20,000 bases of DNA, from the IMG/VR virus record IMGVR_UViG_3300043427_001443; one strand, 5' to 3'. The notes under the pieces are model-generated. The model saw only the letters and a list, made by a program, of their open reading frames with translations, searched no databases and was not told the DNA's origin. The stretch's first letter is position 1. Every line of letters starts with the position of its first letter. The translations under genes and the position numbers were made by a program. Below, piece by piece: positions 1 through 7,889 of this stretch. Source of the DNA: an uncultured virus (IMG/VR IMGVR_UViG_3300043427_001443). Lineage: Duplodnaviria > Heunggongvirae > Uroviricota > Caudoviricetes.

Positions 1-3
1 TGG

Positions 4-43
4 TTGACAATCAGTTGACCTTTGATACTATCTTGTGTAATAT
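4..43 (+). promoter_or_regulatory. Two overlapping sigma70-type promoters
   Basis: TTGACA (4-9)-N16-TACTAT (26-31) and TTGACC (15-20)-N17-TAATAT (38-43), upstream of ATG at 73. Confidence 0.55.
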
Positions 44-72
44 CTATCCAGCCTTGGAGGCAAATACATCAA

Positions 73-759
73 ATGTGGACGAAAACGGATTTATCACGGT
101 GGCATGATCTAAGCCCAGCTATAAACATAGTGCCTACTAGTAAAAAGTTTTATGGGTGCTATTCGCATAAAATGGTGTTCACTGTGGCAAATAGTTATCT
201 TATAACCAAGTATGGTGGCACAACACTGGATTGGCTAACAGCAAAACCGCAATCAGGTTCAGATAACCTTGACACGCTACGATGTTTTCGCAGTGTATTA
301 CGTGCCCCTGATTCAGGATTTAGACTACGCAGCGAAGGCAGCACTCTTGGTGTGTTTCACACAGATATTGATTTTATGTACGACACTGTGATCAATAAAC
401 TGCGACCATATGCACATCGCCTAAAATTAGTTAGCACAGTAACCAGTCAAGCTCAACACGACGCACTAGAAAACAATTACATTATAACCAATCAACCCAC
501 AGACTATCCTTGGCGTGTTTATGTGCGCGACGGTTTCTATCGTGACTTTAAAGAACGAGTAGCCTTGGCCGCGTATTTAGAAAACATAGGAGATCAAGCT
601 CGAGTAAGCAAATATTTTATCAAGGACCTCAAAGGGACCAATAAATATCTTAAGGGTAATTATTTTCATGTCAAAGATCCAAGATTAGTTGACATGCTGC
701 ATTTAATCATGCCTAAGATAGTAAGATCGGTTCAACAAGTAGTAACAATATCAACTTAA
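73..759 (+). CDS. Hypothetical phage protein (228 aa from ATG 73; the track starts at TTG 22)
   Basis: Long ORF. The TTG at 22 lies inside the promoter-like region, so ATG 73 (MWTKTD...) is the likelier start. No family recognised. Confidence 0.75.
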   Translation: MWTKTDLSRWHDLSPAINIVPTSKKFYGCYSHKMVFTVANSYLITKYGGTTLDWLTAKPQSGSDNLDTLRCFRSVLRAPDSGFRLRSEGSTLGVFHTDIDFMYDTVINKLRPYAHRLKLVSTVTSQAQHDALENNYIITNQPTDYPWRVYVRDGFYRDFKERVALAAYLENIGDQARVSKYFIKDLKGTNKYLKGNYFHVKDPRLVDMLHLIMPKIVRSVQQVVTIST

Positions 760-767
760 AGAAATTT

Positions 768-1619
768 ATGGACAATCAAGAAAAACCCAAATCCGATATC
801 GAGCTGCCAGGAAAAACTGCCACAGAAGTTGTAGCAAAAATTTCCGAGTTAATGAAACAACAGCAGCAACAAAAACCAACTGCTACTACCAGTCAAGGCA
901 CTGGACAGCCCTATGACTTTAGCAAGATTCACTTGCACATAGGTATTCCTTGCTACGGCGGCATGATGAGTGAACCCACTGTTACCAGTTTACTAAAGTT
1001 TATCTTAATGGCAGCTAGAGCTGGACTAAACTGGAGTCTAGACACCATGGTTAATGAAAGCCTTATTACTCGTGGCAGAAATAACCTAATGGCCAAGATG
1101 ATGAGCAATAAAGCTGCTACACATTTTATGTTCATTGATGCTGATATTAGATTTGAGCCTGAAGCTATTTTTCAAATGTTGGTCTATGAAAAAGACGTAA
1201 TCGGCGGTCTTTACCCTAAGAAAAGTATCCCTACTAACTATGTGATTAACCTGTTGCCACAAACACAGATCCAAGGTGATGTGTTTACTGTGGACACCAT
1301 GGGCACAGGGTTTCTGATTTTCAAACGTGATGTTTATCAAAAGCTGTGCGATGCACATCCTGAAAGCAAGTATGTGGATGACGTAGGCTTGGGCAAACAA
1401 TACGAGCCTTACATGTATGCTATCTTTGACACTGAGATTGATCAGAAAGGCCACTATCTCAGTGAGGATTGGCTGTTTTGTCGTCGTTGGCAAGAACTAG
1501 GTGGTACTATTTGGGCACACAGCAAGGTATTGTTAAACCATTGCGGTCACTATGAATACAAAGGAGACCTCAGCCAAATGCCAGACTTTACCAGAGCTAA
1601 AACTGCTACAGCAGCTTAA
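768..1619 (+). CDS. GT-A fold glycosyltransferase-like protein
   Basis: HIGIPCYGG first strand, ESLITRGRN, THFMFIDADI (DxD), VIGGLYPKK, GTGFLIFKRDV and YLSEDWLFCRRW (ED motif) follow the GT-A/GT2-like layout. The first ~50 aa are a low-complexity extension. Confidence 0.8.
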   Translation: MDNQEKPKSDIELPGKTATEVVAKISELMKQQQQQKPTATTSQGTGQPYDFSKIHLHIGIPCYGGMMSEPTVTSLLKFILMAARAGLNWSLDTMVNESLITRGRNNLMAKMMSNKAATHFMFIDADIRFEPEAIFQMLVYEKDVIGGLYPKKSIPTNYVINLLPQTQIQGDVFTVDTMGTGFLIFKRDVYQKLCDAHPESKYVDDVGLGKQYEPYMYAIFDTEIDQKGHYLSEDWLFCRRWQELGGTIWAHSKVLLNHCGHYEYKGDLSQMPDFTRAKTATAA

Positions 1620-1625
1620 ATCGAG

Positions 1626-1646
1626 TCCGCCCAGGCGGTCTTTATT
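1626..1646 (+). terminator. Weak possible intrinsic terminator
   Basis: CCGC-CCAG-GCGG hairpin (1627-1638) followed by TCTTTATT just after the glycosyltransferase stop. The stem is short. Confidence 0.3.
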
Positions 1647-1653
1647 CTAGGAC

Positions 1654-1661
1654 CATAAATA
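1654..1661 (+). promoter_or_regulatory. T4-type late promoter-like box (CATAAATA)
   Basis: 7/8 match to the T4 late consensus TATAAATA, intergenic, 7 nt before ATG 1669. Confidence 0.55.
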
Positions 1662-1668
1662 TGTTATT

Positions 1669-2415
1669 ATGTTCCTAACCGAGTTATTTGAAGCCGCTAC
1701 ACAGCCATATTTGGTAGTCTATCCAGGTAGATTTCAACCTTTTCACAAAGGGCATCGTGCAGTCTACGATTACCTAGTAAAGAAGTATGGTCGTGATCAT
1801 GTGTTTATTGCTACCAGCAACAAGGTAGACCCTCCTAGAAGTCCTTTTACGTTTAGTCAAAAGGCACAGTTTATGCAGTTAACTGGTGTGCCCATGGATC
1901 GTGTGGTAGAAACACGCGATCCATATCGTGCACCAGAGCTAACGCAACATTACCCAGAAAACACTAGACTGATATTTGCGGTCAGCGAAAAAGACATGTC
2001 AGAAGATCCACGGTTTTCAAAGTGGACTAAAAAAGATGGGTCACCTAGCTACTTTCAACCCATGCCCAGCAGTGCCAGCGACATGGTAGGCATGAATCAA
2101 CATGGTTATATTATGACTGTGCCCACGTTTAATTTCACTGTCTTGGGCGAGCCCATGCGTAGTGCTACTCAAGTACGAGCACAATTTGCTGCTGCCGACG
2201 ACGAAACACAAAAGGCCATTATACGAGACCTATTTGGATCCTATGATGAGCATGTACATCAAATCATGAAACAGCACATACATGAAGATGCTGCGGGCGT
2301 AGGTGTAATTGCCAGCAATAAACAACGCCGGGATCCACGCTATCTTAATAGTCTAACAGTAGATGTTCAACCAGGCACACAGCGCAAGATGATGCGAGCC
2401 ATGCGTTTAATATAA
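1669..2415 (+). CDS. HxGH cytidyltransferase-like nucleotidyltransferase with N-terminal leader and C-terminal appended peptide module
   Basis: VVYPGRFQPFHKGH (HxGH/HIGH motif), SPFTFSQK and MRSATQVR (SAT/SST motif). Starts MFLTELFE; a separate basic module follows QHIHE. Confidence 0.85.
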   Translation: MFLTELFEAATQPYLVVYPGRFQPFHKGHRAVYDYLVKKYGRDHVFIATSNKVDPPRSPFTFSQKAQFMQLTGVPMDRVVETRDPYRAPELTQHYPENTRLIFAVSEKDMSEDPRFSKWTKKDGSPSYFQPMPSSASDMVGMNQHGYIMTVPTFNFTVLGEPMRSATQVRAQFAAADDETQKAIIRDLFGSYDEHVHQIMKQHIHEDAAGVGVIASNKQRRDPRYLNSLTVDVQPGTQRKMMRAMRLI

Positions 2416-2418
2416 ATA
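2411..2418 (+). promoter_or_regulatory. T4-type late promoter (TATAAATA)
   Basis: Perfect match to the T4 gp55-dependent late consensus, overlapping the upstream stop, 23 nt before ATG 2442. Confidence 0.7.
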
Positions 2419-2441
2419 TAGTTTATTAACTCTGGACCACT

Positions 2442-2924
2442 ATGAAACCTACCGACTTTATCACAGAAAATCACAACATTGTACAGGCTGTTGTCGAAAT
2501 GCATGATGATCATGAGATTCAAATGGCTCGCGAACAGTGCTATAATGCTGCCAGCAATGCCATTGAACTGCATCGTATGCTCAAACAGATCACTGAGCGT
2601 GAAGGCTTAGAAGGCTGGGTACAAGAGAAAATCACACTAGCCAATGACTATTTGCGTCAGGTCAAAGAGTGGATGGAACATGATCTACTACAGCGCAACG
2701 CCATGCCAGTTGCAGCCATGGGCGAAGATGCCAGTGCTGGTGCTAGTTCAGCTGGAGCAGTAGCAACCAGTACTGCTGTACCAAAAAGTCGTATTCCTGC
2801 TTATCAACGTAAAAAGTTTGGTGGCAAAGATTGGAAAGTTACTGCCAAGGACATAGAAAAAGAACCCAGTCAAAAGAACTTAATCAGTCACCCGCAGGTG
2901 CTGCGTCGTAACATTGGTGCATGA
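2442..2924 (+). CDS. Hypothetical modular protein, putative internal head protein
   Basis: Leader MKPTDFITE, a helical domain (DHEIQMAREQC...LEGWVQEKITLANDYL), an Ala/Ser-rich EDASAGASSAGAVAT module and a basic tail. Confidence 0.8.
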   Translation: MKPTDFITENHNIVQAVVEMHDDHEIQMAREQCYNAASNAIELHRMLKQITEREGLEGWVQEKITLANDYLRQVKEWMEHDLLQRNAMPVAAMGEDASAGASSAGAVATSTAVPKSRIPAYQRKKFGGKDWKVTAKDIEKEPSQKNLISHPQVLRRNIGA

Positions 2925-2925
2925 T

Positions 2926-3246
2926 ATGAGTCGTATACTATCTGTGCTCAAAGAAGTTGATCAGTTAAAAGAAATAGGACCTATACAGCCTATTAAACCT
3001 GTCGGCATGGCCACTGCACCCAAGCCAGCACCAGGTGCACAAACACAGCAGGCAGTAGCACCAACTACACCTGCAGCCAATGTACAAGTAACAGGTACAC
3101 AAACTGGTTCGCAGCCTGCTCCTCAGTCCAGTGCTACCGCAAATCCAGCAATGAATGCCAAGAATTTTTCAGACACACTCAAGGACATAATGACCAATGC
3201 AGGTCTACGTTCTGAATTTGAAAAATTGATAGCCAAGGTAAAATAA
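2926..3246 (+). CDS. Hypothetical Pro/Ala/Gln/Thr-rich protein
   Basis: ATG 2926 lies 1 nt after the upstream TGA and is preferred over TTG 2914. Starts MSRILSVLKE, with a low-complexity centre and helical end. Confidence 0.7.
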   Translation: MSRILSVLKEVDQLKEIGPIQPIKPVGMATAPKPAPGAQTQQAVAPTTPAANVQVTGTQTGSQPAPQSSATANPAMNAKNFSDTLKDIMTNAGLRSEFEKLIAKVK

Positions 3247-3247
3247 C

Positions 3248-3655
3248 ATGCGAGTACATGACCTATTCCGCGAAGACGAGGATCAGCCCGTCAGCAAACC
3301 TGCCATGCCTAATCCTGAAGATCGTGTAAGCATGGATGTACCCTTACTGCTGCGTATCATGGAATACGCCAGAGAAGATGCCAAAACAGACATGGATCTA
3401 CACGTAGTAGCAGATCGCATGGTCAAGCTCAGCGGAACCGGTAACACCTTAGGCATGCAACACTACAATCAAATAGTACCACAAGCTCAAAACGAAGGTG
3501 ATGCTGCTGCTGAAAAACTTATTCATGATGTCGAGTACGATCCTGATGACTACCAGGATGACGAAGAAGATGTGCAAGAAGGTTATGGTCGTTATTGGTG
3601 CAGTACTGACAAACGTTGGAAGGAACGCAAGGGTCCTAAGCAGTCAAGGAGCTAG
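3248..3655 (+). CDS. Hypothetical modular protein, putative internal head protein
   Basis: Leader MRVHDLFRE, domain DRVSMDVPLLLRIMEYAREDAKTDMDLH, acidic linker, then basic module GYGRYWCSTDKRWKERKGPKQSRS after DVQE. Confidence 0.8.
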   Translation: MRVHDLFREDEDQPVSKPAMPNPEDRVSMDVPLLLRIMEYAREDAKTDMDLHVVADRMVKLSGTGNTLGMQHYNQIVPQAQNEGDAAAEKLIHDVEYDPDDYQDDEEDVQEGYGRYWCSTDKRWKERKGPKQSRS

Positions 3656-3658
3656 ACC

Positions 3659-5833
3659 ATGCGAGCTCGTAATTTTATAGCAGAAGCAGAACTATTTGAA
3701 ATAAACATGAGTCCTGGCAACCTTAAACAGTTGGCCAGTAAAATAGACGCTCGTGTGGGCATGGAATTTGAAATGATTGTGCCCAATGTTGAATCCGATG
3801 AAAGTAGCGAAAGCGAACCCGATTATACCAATGATGAGCGTGTACGCGGTTGGAGTTCCATTGAACAATTTTTCAACGACGGTGAATGGAACTCGAGATC
3901 GTCAGTGTCTGATCTACATAACGAACTGTTTCAAGAATACACAGAAAGTGACTACTGGCGGGAAGCCGAAGACTCGTGGTGGGAAGAAAACCAAGAATAC
4001 TATGTAGAACAAGCAGTTGAAAAAGAACTAGGCGAAGAGCTATGGGCACAGGCCGCAGAACAATTAGGCGACAAGAAGTTTGCCGACGAGCGTGACCGTA
4101 AGAATGCCATACAAGAGATATACAGCACTCTGGTCTCGGATCGTAGAGATGAAAGTATACAAAACACAGACGAGATCTATGACCTCGCTCAAGACGAAGC
4201 CATGGAGGAGTCTGAGCCAGACCATGGCACCGGATTTGATCGTTTCCTACGTGGCACATACAGCTACATGACAGACATTGAAAGTAATTTTGCTAGTATA
4301 ATAACTTGGCCGCATTGGGAAATGGCCGGCGATGCTGATGTTGATGTTGGCACAGTAGCCAACGATTTTTCACCTTATGTGGGCATGAAGGTTGACTACA
4401 GCCAAAGTTATCACGGTGCCAAGCGTAAACCAGACACTTATGTGGTCGAACCCGACTCGAGTTTGAGTGGCGACAATCCCGGTGACGCAGGCTTAGAGTT
4501 TGTGAGTCCACCACTGACCCTAGAGCAAATGGGCAAACACTTGGAAGGTGTGCGAGAATTTGCTCGCGACCATAACTGCTACACTAATCGTACCACTGGC
4601 CTACATATCAATGTCAGCGTGCCCAACATGAACTTAGAAAACCTAGACTATGTGAAATTGGCTCTGCTGCTAGGTGACAAGTATGTACTAGAACAATTTG
4701 GTAGGTCGGCTAATACCTATACCAAGAGTGCCATGGATGAAATACTGACCCGGGCCAAAAGCAATCGTGATCAAGTTCCTGGCCTGTTAGACATGATGAA
4801 AAATGGCCTAAACAAAATGGCCAGCAAAATGATACACAGTGGCATAACCGGCAAGTATACCAGTATTAATACCAAAGACAAATACATTGAGTTTCGCAGC
4901 CCAGGTGGCGACTGGCTCAATGAAGACCTAGACAAGATTGTAGCCACTATGAATCGCTTTGCTGTGGCCTTAGACGCCGCAGTTGATCCAGAAAAGTACA
5001 AAGAGGAATACAGTAAAAAATTATACAAAGTCATAGCACCAGAAGATGCTGATGATACTATCAAGTACTTTGCCAAATATGCAGCAGGAGCCATGCCCAA
5101 GGCAGCACTAAAGAGTTTCCTCAAGCAGGCTAAACTAGAACGCGAAGTCAAGCGTAAGCCAGATGATGGTAAACGCTACTGGTGGAAGGTCACAGTGGCA
5201 GGTAGTGGTGCAGGAGCGGAAGTAGTTGCTGCTAATCGGGATGAAGCCATTGATGCTACCATAGCCTCTAACTCGGCGCTGGCACGATACAATCGCGGTG
5301 CGTTTACTGCCAAGGTCCTTAGACCCTACGAAGGACCCGAGACTCCACAAAACAATACACCTGTAAGTGGTACAGGTAGTGCCCAACCGCCGGCACAGGA
5401 ACAACCTCGTAGACAAGATGGATCAATGACTGCACCCGAAAGTGATCCTGATGCTAACTTTGCTGTTATAAGATCCAGTGACAATGCTGTAATCAACTAT
5501 TTTACTCGTAATACCAGACAGGAAGCAGATCAAGCATTTACTAGATGGTTAGCGTCCCAAGGATTGGCTGGAAACCCATCACCTGGCTATTACCTTATTG
5601 CCATAAGACCCCGGCGTGATTCAGAAAGTCGAGCAAATGATGGTACCTGGACTGGGCGCTGGAACATTGTCACAGATCAAGGACAGGTCCTACACACATT
5701 TGGTGGCGTAGGCAATAGTCAAGCTGATGCCAATGCTCATGCTAGACAGTGGCTAGAAAGAAATCGTAGATTGGCTCAATCAACAGCAGGAGGATCACTC
5801 CTTGGACTAACAGTTGTTCCGGATCGGGCATGA
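3659..5833 (+). CDS. Putative amidoligase enzyme (COOH-NH2 ligase, glutamine synthetase/GCS fold) with acidic insertion and repeated C-terminal modules
   Basis: Ordered motifs VGMEFEM, EPDSSL, GLEFVSPP, TTGLHINVS, KYTSIN and IEFRSPGG match the Amidoligase_2-type pattern (ExE, DxS, ExxSP, GxHxxxS, ExR). Leader MRARNFIAE. Confidence 0.8.
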   Translation: MRARNFIAEAELFEINMSPGNLKQLASKIDARVGMEFEMIVPNVESDESSESEPDYTNDERVRGWSSIEQFFNDGEWNSRSSVSDLHNELFQEYTESDYWREAEDSWWEENQEYYVEQAVEKELGEELWAQAAEQLGDKKFADERDRKNAIQEIYSTLVSDRRDESIQNTDEIYDLAQDEAMEESEPDHGTGFDRFLRGTYSYMTDIESNFASIITWPHWEMAGDADVDVGTVANDFSPYVGMKVDYSQSYHGAKRKPDTYVVEPDSSLSGDNPGDAGLEFVSPPLTLEQMGKHLEGVREFARDHNCYTNRTTGLHINVSVPNMNLENLDYVKLALLLGDKYVLEQFGRSANTYTKSAMDEILTRAKSNRDQVPGLLDMMKNGLNKMASKMIHSGITGKYTSINTKDKYIEFRSPGGDWLNEDLDKIVATMNRFAVALDAAVDPEKYKEEYSKKLYKVIAPEDADDTIKYFAKYAAGAMPKAALKSFLKQAKLEREVKRKPDDGKRYWWKVTVAGSGAGAEVVAANRDEAIDATIASNSALARYNRGAFTAKVLRPYEGPETPQNNTPVSGTGSAQPPAQEQPRRQDGSMTAPESDPDANFAVIRSSDNAVINYFTRNTRQEADQAFTRWLASQGLAGNPSPGYYLIAIRPRRDSESRANDGTWTGRWNIVTDQGQVLHTFGGVGNSQADANAHARQWLERNRRLAQSTAGGSLLGLTVVPDRA

Positions 5834-7098
5834 GAGTTTTAGATTTATTTGAAGATGATAGCAAACATCAACAAGCCTTAAACCGAACAGGCTTTTGGGG
5901 GCGTCGTGGTGCTGGTTGTATTATCATGGCTAGGGACACTGGCAGATTTTGTATTGCTCATCGTAGCAACAGTGTTGAACAACCTGGTACCTGGGGTACT
6001 TGGGGTGGTGCTATAGATGAGGGCGAAGATCCTGCTCAAGCAGCTCGTAGAGAACTAGCAGAAGAAGCCGGCTACGCCGGTGCAATGAAGTTGGTACCTT
6101 TGTATGTGTTCAAGCATGAATCAGGATTTACTTATTATAACTTTCTAGCCATAGTCGAAAGGGAATTTCGGCCTAAGCTAGACTGGGAAACACAAGGATG
6201 GGATTGGGTAGAATATGGTGCGTGGCCCAATCCACTTCATCCTGGACTTAAGGCTGTATTATCAGATCCGCATAGCGTCGAAGTCATGCGTCGTGCTACA
6301 CCACCCCACCCGCAGCGTGGTTCGCACTATCCTAGCATTGAAACTCATAGCCTTACCCAACCACCCAAAACAGAAAGTGCTGTATTTGAAAAAGAATCCG
6401 ACGAACAAGAGATAGCAGCGACACCTAAATCAATACATTCTAAGCTACAAATAAGAAATCCTAAAAGCTCAGAGCGGGGAGTTTTGCATTATTATACCGA
6501 CGATGGGGCAAAATACATTAACAATTTTTTACATAAACATTATAGGCAACAAAAGTCTAAACTAAACAAAGGCGCTGATGTCGCTAAAATCGATAAAATT
6601 CTAAAACAATATAAACTAAAAGAAAATGTCAAGGTATATTCAGGCATACCAGAAAGTCCGGGTAGAATATGGGAGAAATACAAAGCAGATGTCACAAAAC
6701 CAGTGCGTGTTCATTTACCAGCATACACCAGCACTACTACAGATTTTAACATAGCCTATGTTAATTTCGCCAAAACCGACTACACTAACTATAATGATCA
6801 CAAACCTCGAAATGTACTCAAAGGAAATTTAGAGCTTTATTCAATGGGTGTAGTAAGTCAAGGCGTCAAAAAGGTTTACGACGGATGGCACATATTACAC
6901 ATTATTGTACCGGCAGGATATCCAGCAATGAGTTTACTTAATGTAAGTAAATTTGGTAGTCAAGAAGAAGAAATATTATTACCACGCGGCCTAGACATTG
7001 AAATAGAACCAAATCCTTATATAAAAACCACACCTGGTAGACCAATTGTAATATGGTTTGCCAAGGTAGTAGGACATAACCCAGTGGTGATAAAATGA
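5830..7098 (+). CDS. Nudix hydrolase - ADP-ribosyltransferase (VIP2/Alt-like) fusion protein
   Basis: Canonical Nudix box GGAIDEGEDPAQAARRELAEEAG (~6004-6072). The C-terminal domain has HYYTDDGAKYINNFLH, VYSG, YTSTT and EEEILLPRG, the layout of R-S-E class ARTs. Leader MRVLDLFE. Confidence 0.8.
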   Translation: MRVLDLFEDDSKHQQALNRTGFWGRRGAGCIIMARDTGRFCIAHRSNSVEQPGTWGTWGGAIDEGEDPAQAARRELAEEAGYAGAMKLVPLYVFKHESGFTYYNFLAIVEREFRPKLDWETQGWDWVEYGAWPNPLHPGLKAVLSDPHSVEVMRRATPPHPQRGSHYPSIETHSLTQPPKTESAVFEKESDEQEIAATPKSIHSKLQIRNPKSSERGVLHYYTDDGAKYINNFLHKHYRQQKSKLNKGADVAKIDKILKQYKLKENVKVYSGIPESPGRIWEKYKADVTKPVRVHLPAYTSTTTDFNIAYVNFAKTDYTNYNDHKPRNVLKGNLELYSMGVVSQGVKKVYDGWHILHIIVPAGYPAMSLLNVSKFGSQEEEILLPRGLDIEIEPNPYIKTTPGRPIVIWFAKVVGHNPVVIK

Positions 7099-7889
7099 GG
7101 CTGCATGAATTTGTATGTGAACAAGAACTAGACGAAGATTTGCCTGCATGGATAGGCACTGGTATTGGCGCTGCTGCTCTAGCTACTGGTATAGGTCATC
7201 GTCAAGGCCCTGCCTATGACAAACCACAGCCTTATGTAGCCCCCGTAGCACAAGTAGCACCGGCGCAGCGTCCACAAACTGCTCCTGCACCGGTACCGCA
7301 GGCAAAAGTGGCTCCTGCTGCCAAAACTGAACCAGTTAAGGCAGAACCTAAAGCAGTAGAAAAACCTCAAGTTAAAAATAAGCCTATTACATTAGAAAAT
7401 CCCAAAGCCAATGTACTAGCACAGCGAGCACAAAAGTCTGGTATTAAAGGCATTGAACTAGCGCAATTTCTAGCACAAATGGAACATGAGTCTTGGGACT
7501 TTAAGAAAATGAAAGAAGTTCCGCAGGGCAAAGATTATTTCAAACGATATGATCCTAAACACGCACCCAAGACCGCACAAAAGCTAGGCAATGTTAAGGC
7601 CGGCGACGGCGAGCGTTTTCGAGGGCGAGGTTTCATACAGTTGACTGGGCGTGATAATTATCGTGCTGCCAGCCAAGCACTGGGTATTGACTTACTAAAG
7701 AATCCTGATCTTGCTGCTCGTCCAGATATTGCTGCGGAAATCGCCATATGGTATTGGTTTGAACGTGTGCGCCCGGGTGTAATGGATTTTGCCAATACCG
7801 TGGCAGTAACCAAGCGTATCAATCCTGCACTAGCCGGTATAGAAGATCGTCACGAGAATTTCAAATATTACCTTAAATACATGCGATGA
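7095..7889 (+). CDS. Glycoside hydrolase family 19 (chitinase-like phage lysozyme) with hydrophobic segment and Pro/Ala/Lys linker
   Basis: AQFLAQMEHES, LGN..AGDGERFRGRGFIQLTGRDNY, DLLKNPDL, IAIWYW and VTKRIN are GH19 endolysin-type motifs. Leader MRLHEFVCEQELDE. Confidence 0.9.
   Translation: MRLHEFVCEQELDEDLPAWIGTGIGAAALATGIGHRQGPAYDKPQPYVAPVAQVAPAQRPQTAPAPVPQAKVAPAAKTEPVKAEPKAVEKPQVKNKPITLENPKANVLAQRAQKSGIKGIELAQFLAQMEHESWDFKKMKEVPQGKDYFKRYDPKHAPKTAQKLGNVKAGDGERFRGRGFIQLTGRDNYRAASQALGIDLLKNPDLAARPDIAAEIAIWYWFERVRPGVMDFANTVAVTKRINPALAGIEDRHENFKYYLKYMR

Noticed and set aside
856..873. CAA/CAG run (poly-Gln) and the Pro/Ala-rich stretches at ~3010-3150 and ~7220-7380
   Set aside because: These are low-complexity protein linkers, not DNA-level tandem repeats or contingency loci.
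3653..3661. Possible stop-codon reassignment/readthrough (TAG in frame with the next gene; similar in-frame TAA at 9378 and 11889)
   Set aside because: Long genes are intact under the standard code with no internal TAG/TGA fragmentation. The downstream gene at 3659 has its own leader, and 3-nt spacers give in-frame neighbours by chance.
1669..7098. Complete phage NAD+ reconstitution (NARP-type) pathway
   Set aside because: No nicotinamide phosphoribosyltransferase-like or PRPP-synthetase-like gene is visible in the window, and the HxGH enzyme's substrate cannot be read from sequence.
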